50,600 bases of DNA from contig JAEORO010000008.1 in assembly GCA_016840855.1 (NCBI GenBank), positions 1 through 50,600 of the forward strand. The letters are read 5' to 3'. Under the pieces are notes generated by a model, which worked only from the letters and a program-made list of their open reading frames with translations, searched no databases and was not told the origin of the DNA. The stretch's first letter is position 1. Each line of letters begins with the position of its first letter. Source of the DNA: Candidatus Thorarchaeota archaeon. GTDB lineage: Archaea > Asgardarchaeota > Thorarchaeia > Thorarchaeales > Thorarchaeaceae. Below, one piece after another: positions 28,927-37,047 of the stretch. The position numbers and the translations under genes are program-made.

Positions 28927-29757
28927 TTACGCCATATCGTCTTTATATGGTCTTAAAGCTCGAGCCAAATCTCCGGACTCTGTGAACTCAACTTTCATCT
29001 CGGGAAAATCAAGACTGATAACGTCTCTTAGTCGCTTCATCCCTGGTTCTTCTGTAGCAAATGTACCAAGTTCTAAAGTATTGATTCCTTCTTCATTTGC
29101 AAGCAATCTAATTTCTGGAGAAAGTTCCCCTGTGACTAGTGTTTCTAAATCTTGATTCTTTGCATTGACTAGCTCTGGCATGTCCACATTACTTCCTGCA
29201 ATGACTAAGACATCCTTGACCTCATCATCTAGATCTCCCGAAAATAGCACAGTATCCAAACCCATTTTTCCAGCAATGTAATTCACAAAGCCTGACTGGT
29301 TCTTCACACCCGGTGGTTTACAGACTCTTCCTATAGCCACTAACTCACCATAGTCGCTTTCAGCCATAAACTCACTTGTCCTTTTGATTCCAAGAGATTC
29401 CACAAGCGCATCATTCAATCCATCTCTTTTACAGAGCCATCCACTTCCGATAACATACGAGGATATGTAATTCTTTGTTAGTAACCTGACTCTAACAAGG
29501 TCCAAGCCCGATATTCTATCTACTGCAAAAGGGAATAATGGCCGATATGTTATTAGAAGATTTGCCTTGTCTTGTGTGGCTTTTGTGACCACCCGTGCTG
29601 ACGGATAAGTAGCAATTAGGACCCTATTGATTGTCGTATTTGTCTGTTCTGTTTCAGTCTGAGGGCCTATCTCGACTCGGCTCTCTTGTCCCCAAAGTGT
29701 ATACTCTTTTGGCGATATTTCGTGCAGGCGTTTGACAAGTTCTAGAAGATTGGTCAT
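28927..29757 (-). CDS. NIF3/YbgI-like protein with metal-binding His residues lost
   Basis: NIF3 layout (A....ANLLITYRPLF, GLNDALVESLGI, IGRV, LVTGE, GTFATEEPGMKRL); likely start 29757. Confidence 0.8.
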   Translation of the reverse strand: MTNLLELVKRLHEISPKEYTLWGQESRVEIGPQTETEQTNTTINRVLIATYPSARVVTKATQDKANLLITYRPLFPFAVDRISGLDLVRVRLLTKNYISSYVIGSGWLCKRDGLNDALVESLGIKRTSEFMAESDYGELVAIGRVCKPPGVKNQSGFVNYIAGKMGLDTVLFSGDLDDEVKDVLVIAGSNVDMPELVNAKNQDLETLVTGELSPEIRLLANEEGINTLELGTFATEEPGMKRLRDVISLDFPEMKVEFTESGDLARALRPYKDDMA

Positions 29758-29845
29758 GATATCACCGCAATCCGCTGCGAACACGGACTGCAATAGTATC
29801 CCTAGTCTTATTCTTTTGCATGAGTTTTCAATGAGTCAGATAGGG

Positions 29846-30262
29846 CTATTCGGAGTCTTCCTCATCAAATTCCTCATCGTCAATATCCTCATCATATGAG
29901 TACAAATCTTCGAGGTCTTCACTGATCTCTTCCAGTTCGGGCTCCTCCTCGATTACTTCGAGTTCAGATTCCTCTACAGGTTCTAAATCTTCTTCAAAAA
30001 CCTCTAATTCAGGCTCTTCTTCAATGATTTCGAGCTCCGGTTCTTTCGTCTTTGGTTTCTTAGCAGGCTTAACTTTAGTTTTCTTCTTTTTCTCAGTTGT
30101 AGCCACCTTTACTGTAGCGACGGCTTGTTTTCGCTTTAGTTTCCAAAGACTTGTCTTAGCGTCACGAATTTTCCGCATCCGTCTAAAATCAATCTGCTCA
30201 GGATTCTGGGTCTTTCTGAGACGAGTCAATTCACGTTTGATGGCTTTTTCTTTATTTACCAT
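29846..30262 (-). CDS. Hypothetical protein with basic N-terminus and acidic repeat tail
   Basis: K/R-rich first 70 aa, then (E)PELE(I/V)xEE repeats and D/E tail. Confidence 0.7.
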   Translation of the reverse strand: MVNKEKAIKRELTRLRKTQNPEQIDFRRMRKIRDAKTSLWKLKRKQAVATVKVATTEKKKKTKVKPAKKPKTKEPELEIIEEEPELEVFEEDLEPVEESELEVIEEEPELEEISEDLEDLYSYDEDIDDEEFDEEDSE

Positions 30263-30396
30263 GTCGTATCACCGTCGCGTTCACAGCGTCACTTTGTGAT
30301 TGTTTTATAACTGTGTCGGGCGCAACTAAGACAAGCCTTTTCTCCTTCATTGTTGGTGCAAATGATGTGTAATCGAAACCTGTGGGTGGTCTCGCG

Positions 30397-30918
30397 ATGA
30401 GCAAGAAGAAGCAGCGTGAGTTTGTTAGTATCCGTTTTCGAATTGAGAAGGAGCTATTGGATCGAATTGATCAGCTTGCAGGGGAGAGAGGTCGTCAGAG
30501 GTTCATTCATGACGCGATAGTATGGAGATTGGATGAAGAGCTACCACCAATTGTTTACGATTTAGTACGCGATGTAGATGAATTAAAGAACAGAGTGAAG
30601 CATCTTGAAACCTCACGTTCCACCAGTTTCCAGTTAAGCGAATTGAATGACAGAGCTCGCAATGAACTGTGTACAGATGAGCTGGACCGTAAACTTCTAG
30701 CATATTTCATCAGGAATGAAGGCGCAACTACACCTGAATTGGCTGAAGACCTCCTCGGTGATAGTGAAAAACGACGGACAATTCTTGACAGAATCGATAG
30801 GTTGAACAATCGTGCACAATCCCTTTTTGGCGCCCCAATTTTGGAATATAAGAAAGGGTTTGTTAAGAACAAGCGAGGTGCATGGTGGATTAAGAGTCTA
30901 GAACATATCATAGTCTAA
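30397..30918 (+). CDS. Putative transcription regulator (RHH + coiled coil + winged HTH)
   Basis: VSIRFRIEKELLDRIDQL...RQRFIHDAI (RHH-like); DELDRKLLAYF...GATTPELAE (wHTH-like). Confidence 0.7.
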   Translation: MSKKKQREFVSIRFRIEKELLDRIDQLAGERGRQRFIHDAIVWRLDEELPPIVYDLVRDVDELKNRVKHLETSRSTSFQLSELNDRARNELCTDELDRKLLAYFIRNEGATTPELAEDLLGDSEKRRTILDRIDRLNNRAQSLFGAPILEYKKGFVKNKRGAWWIKSLEHIIV

Positions 30919-30925
30919 TTAAGCA

Positions 30926-30936
30926 AATCTTTAAAG
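30926..30936 (+). promoter_or_regulatory. Putative TATA box of tRNA-Arg(CCG)
   Basis: AATCTTTAAAG about 25 nt upstream of the tRNA 5' end. Confidence 0.4.
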
Positions 30937-30958
30937 AACTCAACAATGACAAGCTTTT

Positions 30959-31036
30959 GGGGCCGTAGTCTAGCCTGGATAAGGCACCAGCCTCCGGAGT
31001 TGGGTATCCCCGGTTCAAATCCGGGCGGTCCCGCCA
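30959..31036 (+). tRNA. tRNA-Arg(CCG)
   Basis: Acceptor GGGGCCG/CGGTCCC, anticodon arm CCAGC-CTCCGGA-GTTGG, T arm CCCGG-TTCAAAT-CCGGG, encoded CCA, no intron. Confidence 0.96.
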
Positions 31037-31115
31037 CCAAAAATGACTTCGTTTTATACTCTCGGAGTTTAAAAGACATCAATTTACAGAATATTGTGAA
31101 AGTGAGGTTTAACAC

Positions 31116-31322
31116 ATGAGTTTCTCACAAGAAAGGGGATCGACAACAGAGCGTGTTGTCAGTAGATTCGCGAGATACCTCAATGGACCAATGGGGAAAT
31201 CTGTCCTTGAGAATTTAGAAGAGGGCGAACATTTCATTCTGCAGACATCAGAGCACACTTTCCGCGTCACAAAAAAGAAAGGTCGTGCCATTGTAGAGCT
31301 TCTAGAGATACAGCTTGCATGA
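31116..31322 (+). CDS. Small hypothetical protein between two tRNA-Arg genes
   Basis: 68 aa, SD-like GAGGT upstream, TTTAAAA about 45 nt upstream. Confidence 0.7.
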   Translation: MSFSQERGSTTERVVSRFARYLNGPMGKSVLENLEEGEHFILQTSEHTFRVTKKKGRAIVELLEIQLA

Positions 31323-31397
31323 TGATTTACAAACAAATCAACGGGTCTATTTTTCATAACGAAGACTCTATAAGTTGAATAAGGTCCCTCGTTGAAC

Positions 31398-31475
31398 GGG
31401 GCCGTAGTCTAGCCTGGATAAGGCACCAGCCTGCGGAGTTGGTTATCCCCGGTTCAAATCCGGGCGGTCCCGCCA
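31398..31475 (+). tRNA. tRNA-Arg(GCG)
   Basis: Same cloverleaf as 30959-31036, anticodon loop CTGCGGA, encoded CCA. Confidence 0.96.
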
Positions 31476-31585
31476 CTCTTTCTTCATTTTTACCATACGA
31501 TTCACACGACACGAAGCTTAAATGTGGTACAAAAATCGACAACAAGTGGAGAAATAATCTCCCAAATCTCTGAGAGACCAGAAAC

Positions 31586-32713
31586 ATGCAATTCACAACC
31601 CAAAGACTAGACAAAGTGCATCGTGCCATGCGTAGGGAGGAGATTGCTGCATTAATTGCTACACGCAGACAGGACATCCAATACCTAACTGGTTTTCAAC
31701 ATCGGGGTATGGATGTACCAATTGGTTGTTTAATTACCGATAGCCACCAACCCCAGCTAATTCTACCTGAAACACATGAACTAGTTACTTCTCGAGAGTC
31801 GATGATCTCTAAGGTACGTGCATTCAATGAACCAACATTAGATGGCTGGTCCCGAGGTCGTAGCACCGCTTTCTGGGAACGAGTTACGAGTATTTTGAAG
31901 GAATTAGGTTTTGCAGGCAGTATGATTGGATTGCAGCATGACTGGCTGTCAGTACAAGAGTTTGAAAGATTAAAACAATCACTTCCCGAGGCTGGGTTCA
32001 AAGATTTCTCTCCGAGTCTATGGAAGCTCCGACAAATCAAGGATGCTGCTGAAATTGATGCAATACGCAGAGCTGTAAACATCGGAGAGATTGGGATTAG
32101 AACTGCTCTAGAGATTGTCACTGCTGGGAAGTCAGAAGAGGAAGCTTCTCTTGAGATTGAAGCCGCAATGCGGGTGGCTGGTGCAGAAAAACGAGGAATT
32201 CGTGCTGCAGTTTTATCAGGGACTCAAGCTCATCTTCCATTTGCGGAGCCTGGTGCATCGAGAATTAGCAGTGATCAATTTGTATCCCTAGATCTTACTG
32301 TGAGTCACTCTGGATATTTTGGCAAAGTGGCTAGGACCATTCATCTTGGGAAACCATCAAATAAACAACGGAAACTCTTCGAGTATGTAGTCAATGCTGC
32401 ACGTTTGCTGGAGAAAAGACTCAAACCGGATGCTCAGATAAAGGATGTAGCTGAGAAGACCCTGAAGAAACTAGGTAGAAGTTATCCTTCTGACACCATC
32501 GTACAGCCACTAGGCAACTCAATAGGCCTTGATCTGTACGAGCCCCCATATATTGTACCTGAACTCCAGCAATCTCTTCGCTCTGGAATGGTACTCTCAA
32601 TTCAGCCAACTGGATTTGCAGCCGGTGTTGGCACTGTCAAAATTGCTGATGTTGTCTTGATAACTGAGGATGGTTGCGAGAACTTCACATCTCTTGCTCG
32701 AGAAACCATATAA
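31586..32713 (+). CDS. M24 Xaa-Pro peptidase-like protein, catalytically degenerate
   Basis: Creatinase_N-type start (IQYLTGF), LRQIKDAAEI, pita-bread domain; metal ligands substituted. Confidence 0.85.
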   Translation: MQFTTQRLDKVHRAMRREEIAALIATRRQDIQYLTGFQHRGMDVPIGCLITDSHQPQLILPETHELVTSRESMISKVRAFNEPTLDGWSRGRSTAFWERVTSILKELGFAGSMIGLQHDWLSVQEFERLKQSLPEAGFKDFSPSLWKLRQIKDAAEIDAIRRAVNIGEIGIRTALEIVTAGKSEEEASLEIEAAMRVAGAEKRGIRAAVLSGTQAHLPFAEPGASRISSDQFVSLDLTVSHSGYFGKVARTIHLGKPSNKQRKLFEYVVNAARLLEKRLKPDAQIKDVAEKTLKKLGRSYPSDTIVQPLGNSIGLDLYEPPYIVPELQQSLRSGMVLSIQPTGFAAGVGTVKIADVVLITEDGCENFTSLARETI

Positions 32714-33238
32714 TCAATCGGGCTGTTGCCATCTCCTTAGCTTCATGAAAACTTGAGTAATTGTTTCAGCTCGAATCGTATGATTCTCTACCTCTTCCCT
32801 TGATATCTCTCTTATCTGAGCTGCAGGAGCTCCCGAGTTTAGTGTTCTCGGTGGAATAACAATGTTGGGCGGAACAATACTGCCCGGTGCCAGAGACACA
32901 CCTTCGCCTAGGGTGGCACCATCAAATACAACACTTCCGTCGCCAATACTCACATTATCTCCAACATAGACTCCATGAATTGCTGCAGCTGTAGAAATAA
33001 TGACATTATTCCCAATTATTGCTGGGTTCTCTGGGTTGTGCGCATGAATGACAACACTATCTTGAATGCATGTGTTCTCACCAATGCGGACTGAAGCTTG
33101 GTCTCCCCTAATGACCGCGCCTGGCCAAATGTTTGCTCCAGCACTTATCTCAACATCTCCCATGACAGTTGCTTGAGAACTGACATAGGCTTGCGCATCA
33201 ATCTTTGGTCGTTTATCACCAAATGGTAATACTGGCAA
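32714..33238 (-). CDS. Gamma-carbonic anhydrase-like hexapeptide-repeat protein
   Basis: PKID..AYV...ATVMGDV, IWPGAVIRGD, IQDSVVIH, GAPA.QIR; one Zn-His missing. Confidence 0.87.
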   Translation of the reverse strand: MPVLPFGDKRPKIDAQAYVSSQATVMGDVEISAGANIWPGAVIRGDQASVRIGENTCIQDSVVIHAHNPENPAIIGNNVIISTAAAIHGVYVGDNVSIGDGSVVFDGATLGEGVSLAPGSIVPPNIVIPPRTLNSGAPAAQIREISREEVENHTIRAETITQVFMKLRRWQQPD

Positions 33239-33313
33239 ATATCACACCTCGATTCTATCTAGAATAAGACCTGTCGTCCAGTCATATAAAATATCATGCG
33301 ATTTGTTGGTGAA

Positions 33314-33688
33314 TCAGTTATTGCTAAGAAAATATTTGATTACATCCTCATAGTGTTCAGCTGGTCGTAGTCCGGTAAGACGGTTTAACTTCTTTTTCTC
33401 ACCTGTTCTCTGATCAGTTGTTTCATACTCAGCTGGCTTGCCATCAAAGAAAAGAAGGACACAAGGTATTGCATGAATTTTATTTTCTACTGCAAACTGG
33501 TAGTACTCCTGTGTGTTCACCTTCAGGAATCTGACATCAGGATTATCAGCATATTTCATATCAAGTTCTTCAAGAATTGGTGCCAACGCATGACAAGGCT
33601 GACACCAAGGAGCCCATGCATCAACGAAAAGGAGTCTGGTCTTATTCATCACTTTCTCTAGCATATCTGGTGAAACATCATCGACCAT
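33314..33688 (-). CDS. trxA: Thioredoxin (WCQPC)
   Basis: VDAWAPWCQPC, FLKVN, IHAIP; likely start 33688. Confidence 0.85.
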   Translation of the reverse strand: MVDDVSPDMLEKVMNKTRLLFVDAWAPWCQPCHALAPILEELDMKYADNPDVRFLKVNTQEYYQFAVENKIHAIPCVLLFFDGKPAEYETTDQRTGEKKKLNRLTGLRPAEHYEDVIKYFLSNN

Positions 33689-33825
33689 GGTTTTTTGATT
33701 ACTTGGCAGCCTATGAATCTTATTTGACACGCAATTCACATTTTTTGAACGAAATTAAAAGATGCAGAAGATCTCTCTAGTTACTCTTTAAAGACAAATC
33801 CTACATCTTTTACAAATGGTGTAAT

Positions 33826-33860
33826 ATAGAGAAGAAAAGGCAAAGGGGAATATTCCCCTT
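33826..33860 (-). terminator. Putative hairpin + U-rich terminator after the upstream thioredoxin
   Basis: Perfect 18-bp palindrome AAGGGGAATATTCCCCTT (33843-60), followed on the minus strand by TGCCTTTTCTTCTCT. Confidence 0.55.
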
Positions 33861-33866
33861 ATTGGT

Positions 33867-34229
33867 TTATGCGGCTTCTTGAGCTAGAAGGTTATCCGCG
33901 ATTTGTTCATAGACTTCTGGTGGCATCACACCAACGAGTTTGTCCATTTTCCTTCCGGACCCATCGTCGAAAACGACCCTTTTACCCTCTGAATATACCA
34001 AAACACTAGGAACCCCTGTAATTTGGTTCTCCATAGAGAATTCACGATTTTGATCAACATCAATCTTTACGACCTTGAGCCCTCGCTCCTTAAACTTCTC
34101 CTGTACTTCTTCGAGAATTGGACTAAGTGTACGACAAGGTCCGCACCAGGTCGCCCAAGCATCAACAAACACTACCTTATGACCTTCGATAATCCTTGGC
34201 AAATCATCGGAATTTATGTTTTCAACCAT
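33867..34229 (-). CDS. trxA: Thioredoxin (WCGPC)
   Basis: VDAWATWCGPC, VKIDVD, ITGVPS; likely start 34229. Confidence 0.88.
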   Translation of the reverse strand: MVENINSDDLPRIIEGHKVVFVDAWATWCGPCRTLSPILEEVQEKFKERGLKVVKIDVDQNREFSMENQITGVPSVLVYSEGKRVVFDDGSGRKMDKLVGVMPPEVYEQIADNLLAQEAA

Positions 34230-34381
34230 TATGTCTACGCTCCCGTCTCCGGCACGAGTCGGTTGTGCATGTTCGACGCACAATCGGTTATAAGGATTGT
34301 GTTATCACCTAGTAGTTCATTAATTCCTGTCAGTGCCAAAGTTTGATAAGTGCCAGTCATTGGAACTGATTTCTAGAAACC

Positions 34382-37033
34382 TTGGTGATTATTGTGCCTG
34401 TCCTACACTGTTCAAAATGTGGCTCTCGTCTTGATTTCCAGAGAGTTGGAGATATTTGGACAGTGACATGTTCCACTTGCAGTGTAGAGGTTTCAATCGG
34501 TGGAAAAAAGACTGACCTTTTTGATGCATATGAAGCATATACAACTCAGGTTCAAGCAGGCACTGCACCAACACTCGCTGACCATAGAAAGAAGAAGTAT
34601 CTTGGATCTGGTGCTGATACACCAAGACGGCGGCGTCGATCCCTAGAACCAGGAGCTCGAGTTCAGTCCAAGGAAATAATTGCTAAACTAGTGAATGAGG
34701 GGGGCTCAAACCTTGACGATCTCTCAGAACCGCTTAGGATACTCTTGAATAACGGACGAGATTATCTTGTCAAATATCAACTAATACCTGCATCTGATGC
34801 TGAATACGGCATAGATACTGACAAACTCAACATACCAACCAGACTAAAGGAGTACCTTCAAAATCGAGGAATCATCACGCTTTACAAATTCCAAGAAGAC
34901 TCTTTCAATGCTATTGAAAATGGTGAGAATCTTGTAATTGCAGCTCCCACAGGTCAAGGCAAGACTGAGGCATTTATCCTCCCAATAATTAGAAGGCTGC
35001 TCCTCACAGTCCGCGAATCGTTTGAAAATCCTGGAGTTCGTGCATTGCTGGTCTATCCTACAAAAGCCTTAGCTCGAGACCAGTATGACAAGATTAAGCG
35101 TATGTGCGCAACCTCGAACCTGACAGTATCAATTTTTGATGGCGATGTTGCTCAAAATACTCGAGAGCGAATATATAATTCCCCTCCTGACATAATGCTA
35201 ACAAATCCTGACGTTCTTCACTATCACCTAGGTTGGTCTGAATCTCGACTTGTGCCAATACTACGAACAGTGCAGTTTGTAGTTCTTGATGAGATTCATC
35301 TCTACACAGGATCCATGGGAACGAATGTCTACTACATTCTCAAACGTCTAGAACTCGAATCTGGACGTTTCCAGAAGATTGGTGCATCTGCTACAGTATC
35401 AAATCCTAAGGAATTTACAGAAATCCTCTTTGATTCTGATGTTCGACTTGTAGAGTCCAAGTCTGCTAAACGAGGTCCAGTTCACTTTATGATGTACTAT
35501 CCAGGAATGAGGAGCAAGTACAGTATGATTGTTGACCTTGTTAGCCAGCTAAGACAAGGTGATTTCAAGACACTTGTTTTTGGTAATACCCATTCCGAGG
35601 CTGAAGTCCTGAACATGCTTATTGCAGACACTGGTGTAAAATCAATGGTCCATAGGGCTGGACTGCCAAAGAAGTATAGGAGTGAAGTGGAGGATCAATT
35701 TAGATCTGGAGACCTCCCGGTTATTGTTTCCACGCCAACTCTTGAGCTTGGCATTGACATTGGTGATTTAGACAGTGTTGTCAGTATGATTGTGTCAATA
35801 ACTAGACTAACTCAACGAGTAGGGCGTGCGGGACGGAAAGGGCAAGAGAGTGTAGCTATACTTGCACTTCGAGAAAATGATCCTATTTCCTCCTTCTATC
35901 GGCATGAGCCCGACAAGTACTTCTCAGACATAGATGCCGCATATATGGAACCAGAGAATGAGGTTGTTGGCTATTACCAGCTCATAGCTGCAGCAATGAG
36001 TGGAAAGTTGAACTGGTTGGATTTCAAGCAACATAGAAATATCCTTGAAAAGCTTCAAAACGAGGGCTTGATACGCCTCCAAGAGGATGGCAAGGTTCGA
36101 GTCGTTAACTTTGATCAAGCAAGAAAGGAATGGCGTGCGTACAGTATCAGAGGTATTGGAGATACAGTTCAGATTAAGAGCGGGAATAAGGGGCTTGGCG
36201 AAAGGTCAATGCCCATGGCTGCTCAAGAACTTCATCCAGGTGCGATATACCTCCATGGTGGAAAGAACTACCTGTCAGTGGATTTCAAATATACTCCCGG
36301 ATTGGGACGTGCATCCGTTGTTCCGCATGCCAATAGAAGTGAACACACAAAGCCGCTTTATTCGACTATGCCCCGAATTATAGACATAATTGAAAGAAGC
36401 AAGATTCTTGGTTTGAATGCTGTATATTGTACACTTGAAATGACTCAGACTGTTGAAGGCTATGTGAAGAAGGAAACACGATCTGGGCGAGTCCTGAACA
36501 GGTTGAGTCTTTCAACACCACTAATCTACAAGTATCACACTCGTGGATTTGCTTTTGCTGCACCCGAGCCAGTTCAAGCAGTGAATGACCATGTATCGGG
36601 GAAGTTAAGTAGTCTGAAAGGTCCTCGGATGGGTCCTGCAGAGCTCTATGGAGGTGCATTCCATGCCCTTGAGCATGTTTTGATTGAGTCTAGCGATATG
36701 CTCACCGGAGGAGGCACTCGCGAGATTGGTGGCGTTTCTATGGGTGATTCAGGAATAATTTTTGTTTATGATGGCAGTCCTGGAGGAAATGGTGCTTCTA
36801 AACTGCTGTTTACAAAACTTGACGAGGCTTTCAAAAGATCGAAAACTATCCTTGAGAAGTGTGATTGTAAAACGATAGATGGATGTCCTCTATGTACATA
36901 TTCATATCACTGCGGTAATAACAACAGCCCCCTATTCAAACAAGGTGCTCTTGAAAGCATCAAACGAATCCTCGATAAAGTTGAAACAACTGTTGATACT
37001 GAGGGATACATAGGGTATCAACCTTTGGTCTAA
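34382..37033 (+). CDS. DEAH-box helicase with DUF1998 (Hrq1/MrfA/SftH family) and N-terminal zinc finger
   Basis: LYKFQ Q-motif, APTGQGKT, YPTKALARDQ, DEIH, SAT, HRAG, LELGIDIG, QRVGRAGR, C-terminal HALEH...YD...GGNG...CDC....GCPLC. Confidence 0.92.
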   Translation: MVIIVPVLHCSKCGSRLDFQRVGDIWTVTCSTCSVEVSIGGKKTDLFDAYEAYTTQVQAGTAPTLADHRKKKYLGSGADTPRRRRRSLEPGARVQSKEIIAKLVNEGGSNLDDLSEPLRILLNNGRDYLVKYQLIPASDAEYGIDTDKLNIPTRLKEYLQNRGIITLYKFQEDSFNAIENGENLVIAAPTGQGKTEAFILPIIRRLLLTVRESFENPGVRALLVYPTKALARDQYDKIKRMCATSNLTVSIFDGDVAQNTRERIYNSPPDIMLTNPDVLHYHLGWSESRLVPILRTVQFVVLDEIHLYTGSMGTNVYYILKRLELESGRFQKIGASATVSNPKEFTEILFDSDVRLVESKSAKRGPVHFMMYYPGMRSKYSMIVDLVSQLRQGDFKTLVFGNTHSEAEVLNMLIADTGVKSMVHRAGLPKKYRSEVEDQFRSGDLPVIVSTPTLELGIDIGDLDSVVSMIVSITRLTQRVGRAGRKGQESVAILALRENDPISSFYRHEPDKYFSDIDAAYMEPENEVVGYYQLIAAAMSGKLNWLDFKQHRNILEKLQNEGLIRLQEDGKVRVVNFDQARKEWRAYSIRGIGDTVQIKSGNKGLGERSMPMAAQELHPGAIYLHGGKNYLSVDFKYTPGLGRASVVPHANRSEHTKPLYSTMPRIIDIIERSKILGLNAVYCTLEMTQTVEGYVKKETRSGRVLNRLSLSTPLIYKYHTRGFAFAAPEPVQAVNDHVSGKLSSLKGPRMGPAELYGGAFHALEHVLIESSDMLTGGGTREIGGVSMGDSGIIFVYDGSPGGNGASKLLFTKLDEAFKRSKTILEKCDCKTIDGCPLCTYSYHCGNNNSPLFKQGALESIKRILDKVETTVDTEGYIGYQPLV

Positions 37034-37047
37034 TGAGGTGTTTAAAT

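Noticed and set aside
31319-31397. ATGATGA after the microprotein as another box C
   Set aside because: It is the tandem stop codons; no box D or terminal stem follows.
30959-31475. tRNA direct repeats as attL/attR of an integrated element
   Set aside because: Both copies are complete tRNAs with different anticodons, only about 360 nt lie between them, and no integrase is present in the window.
30915-31677. Minus-strand ORFs 30915..31115 and 31354..31677 sharing VAGPPGFEPG
   Set aside because: The shared peptide is the antisense translation of the two tRNA genes.
34382-37033. DUF1998 helicase as part of a DISARM/Druantia-type defence system
   Set aside because: No methylase, PLD nuclease or other defence genes nearby; context is housekeeping.
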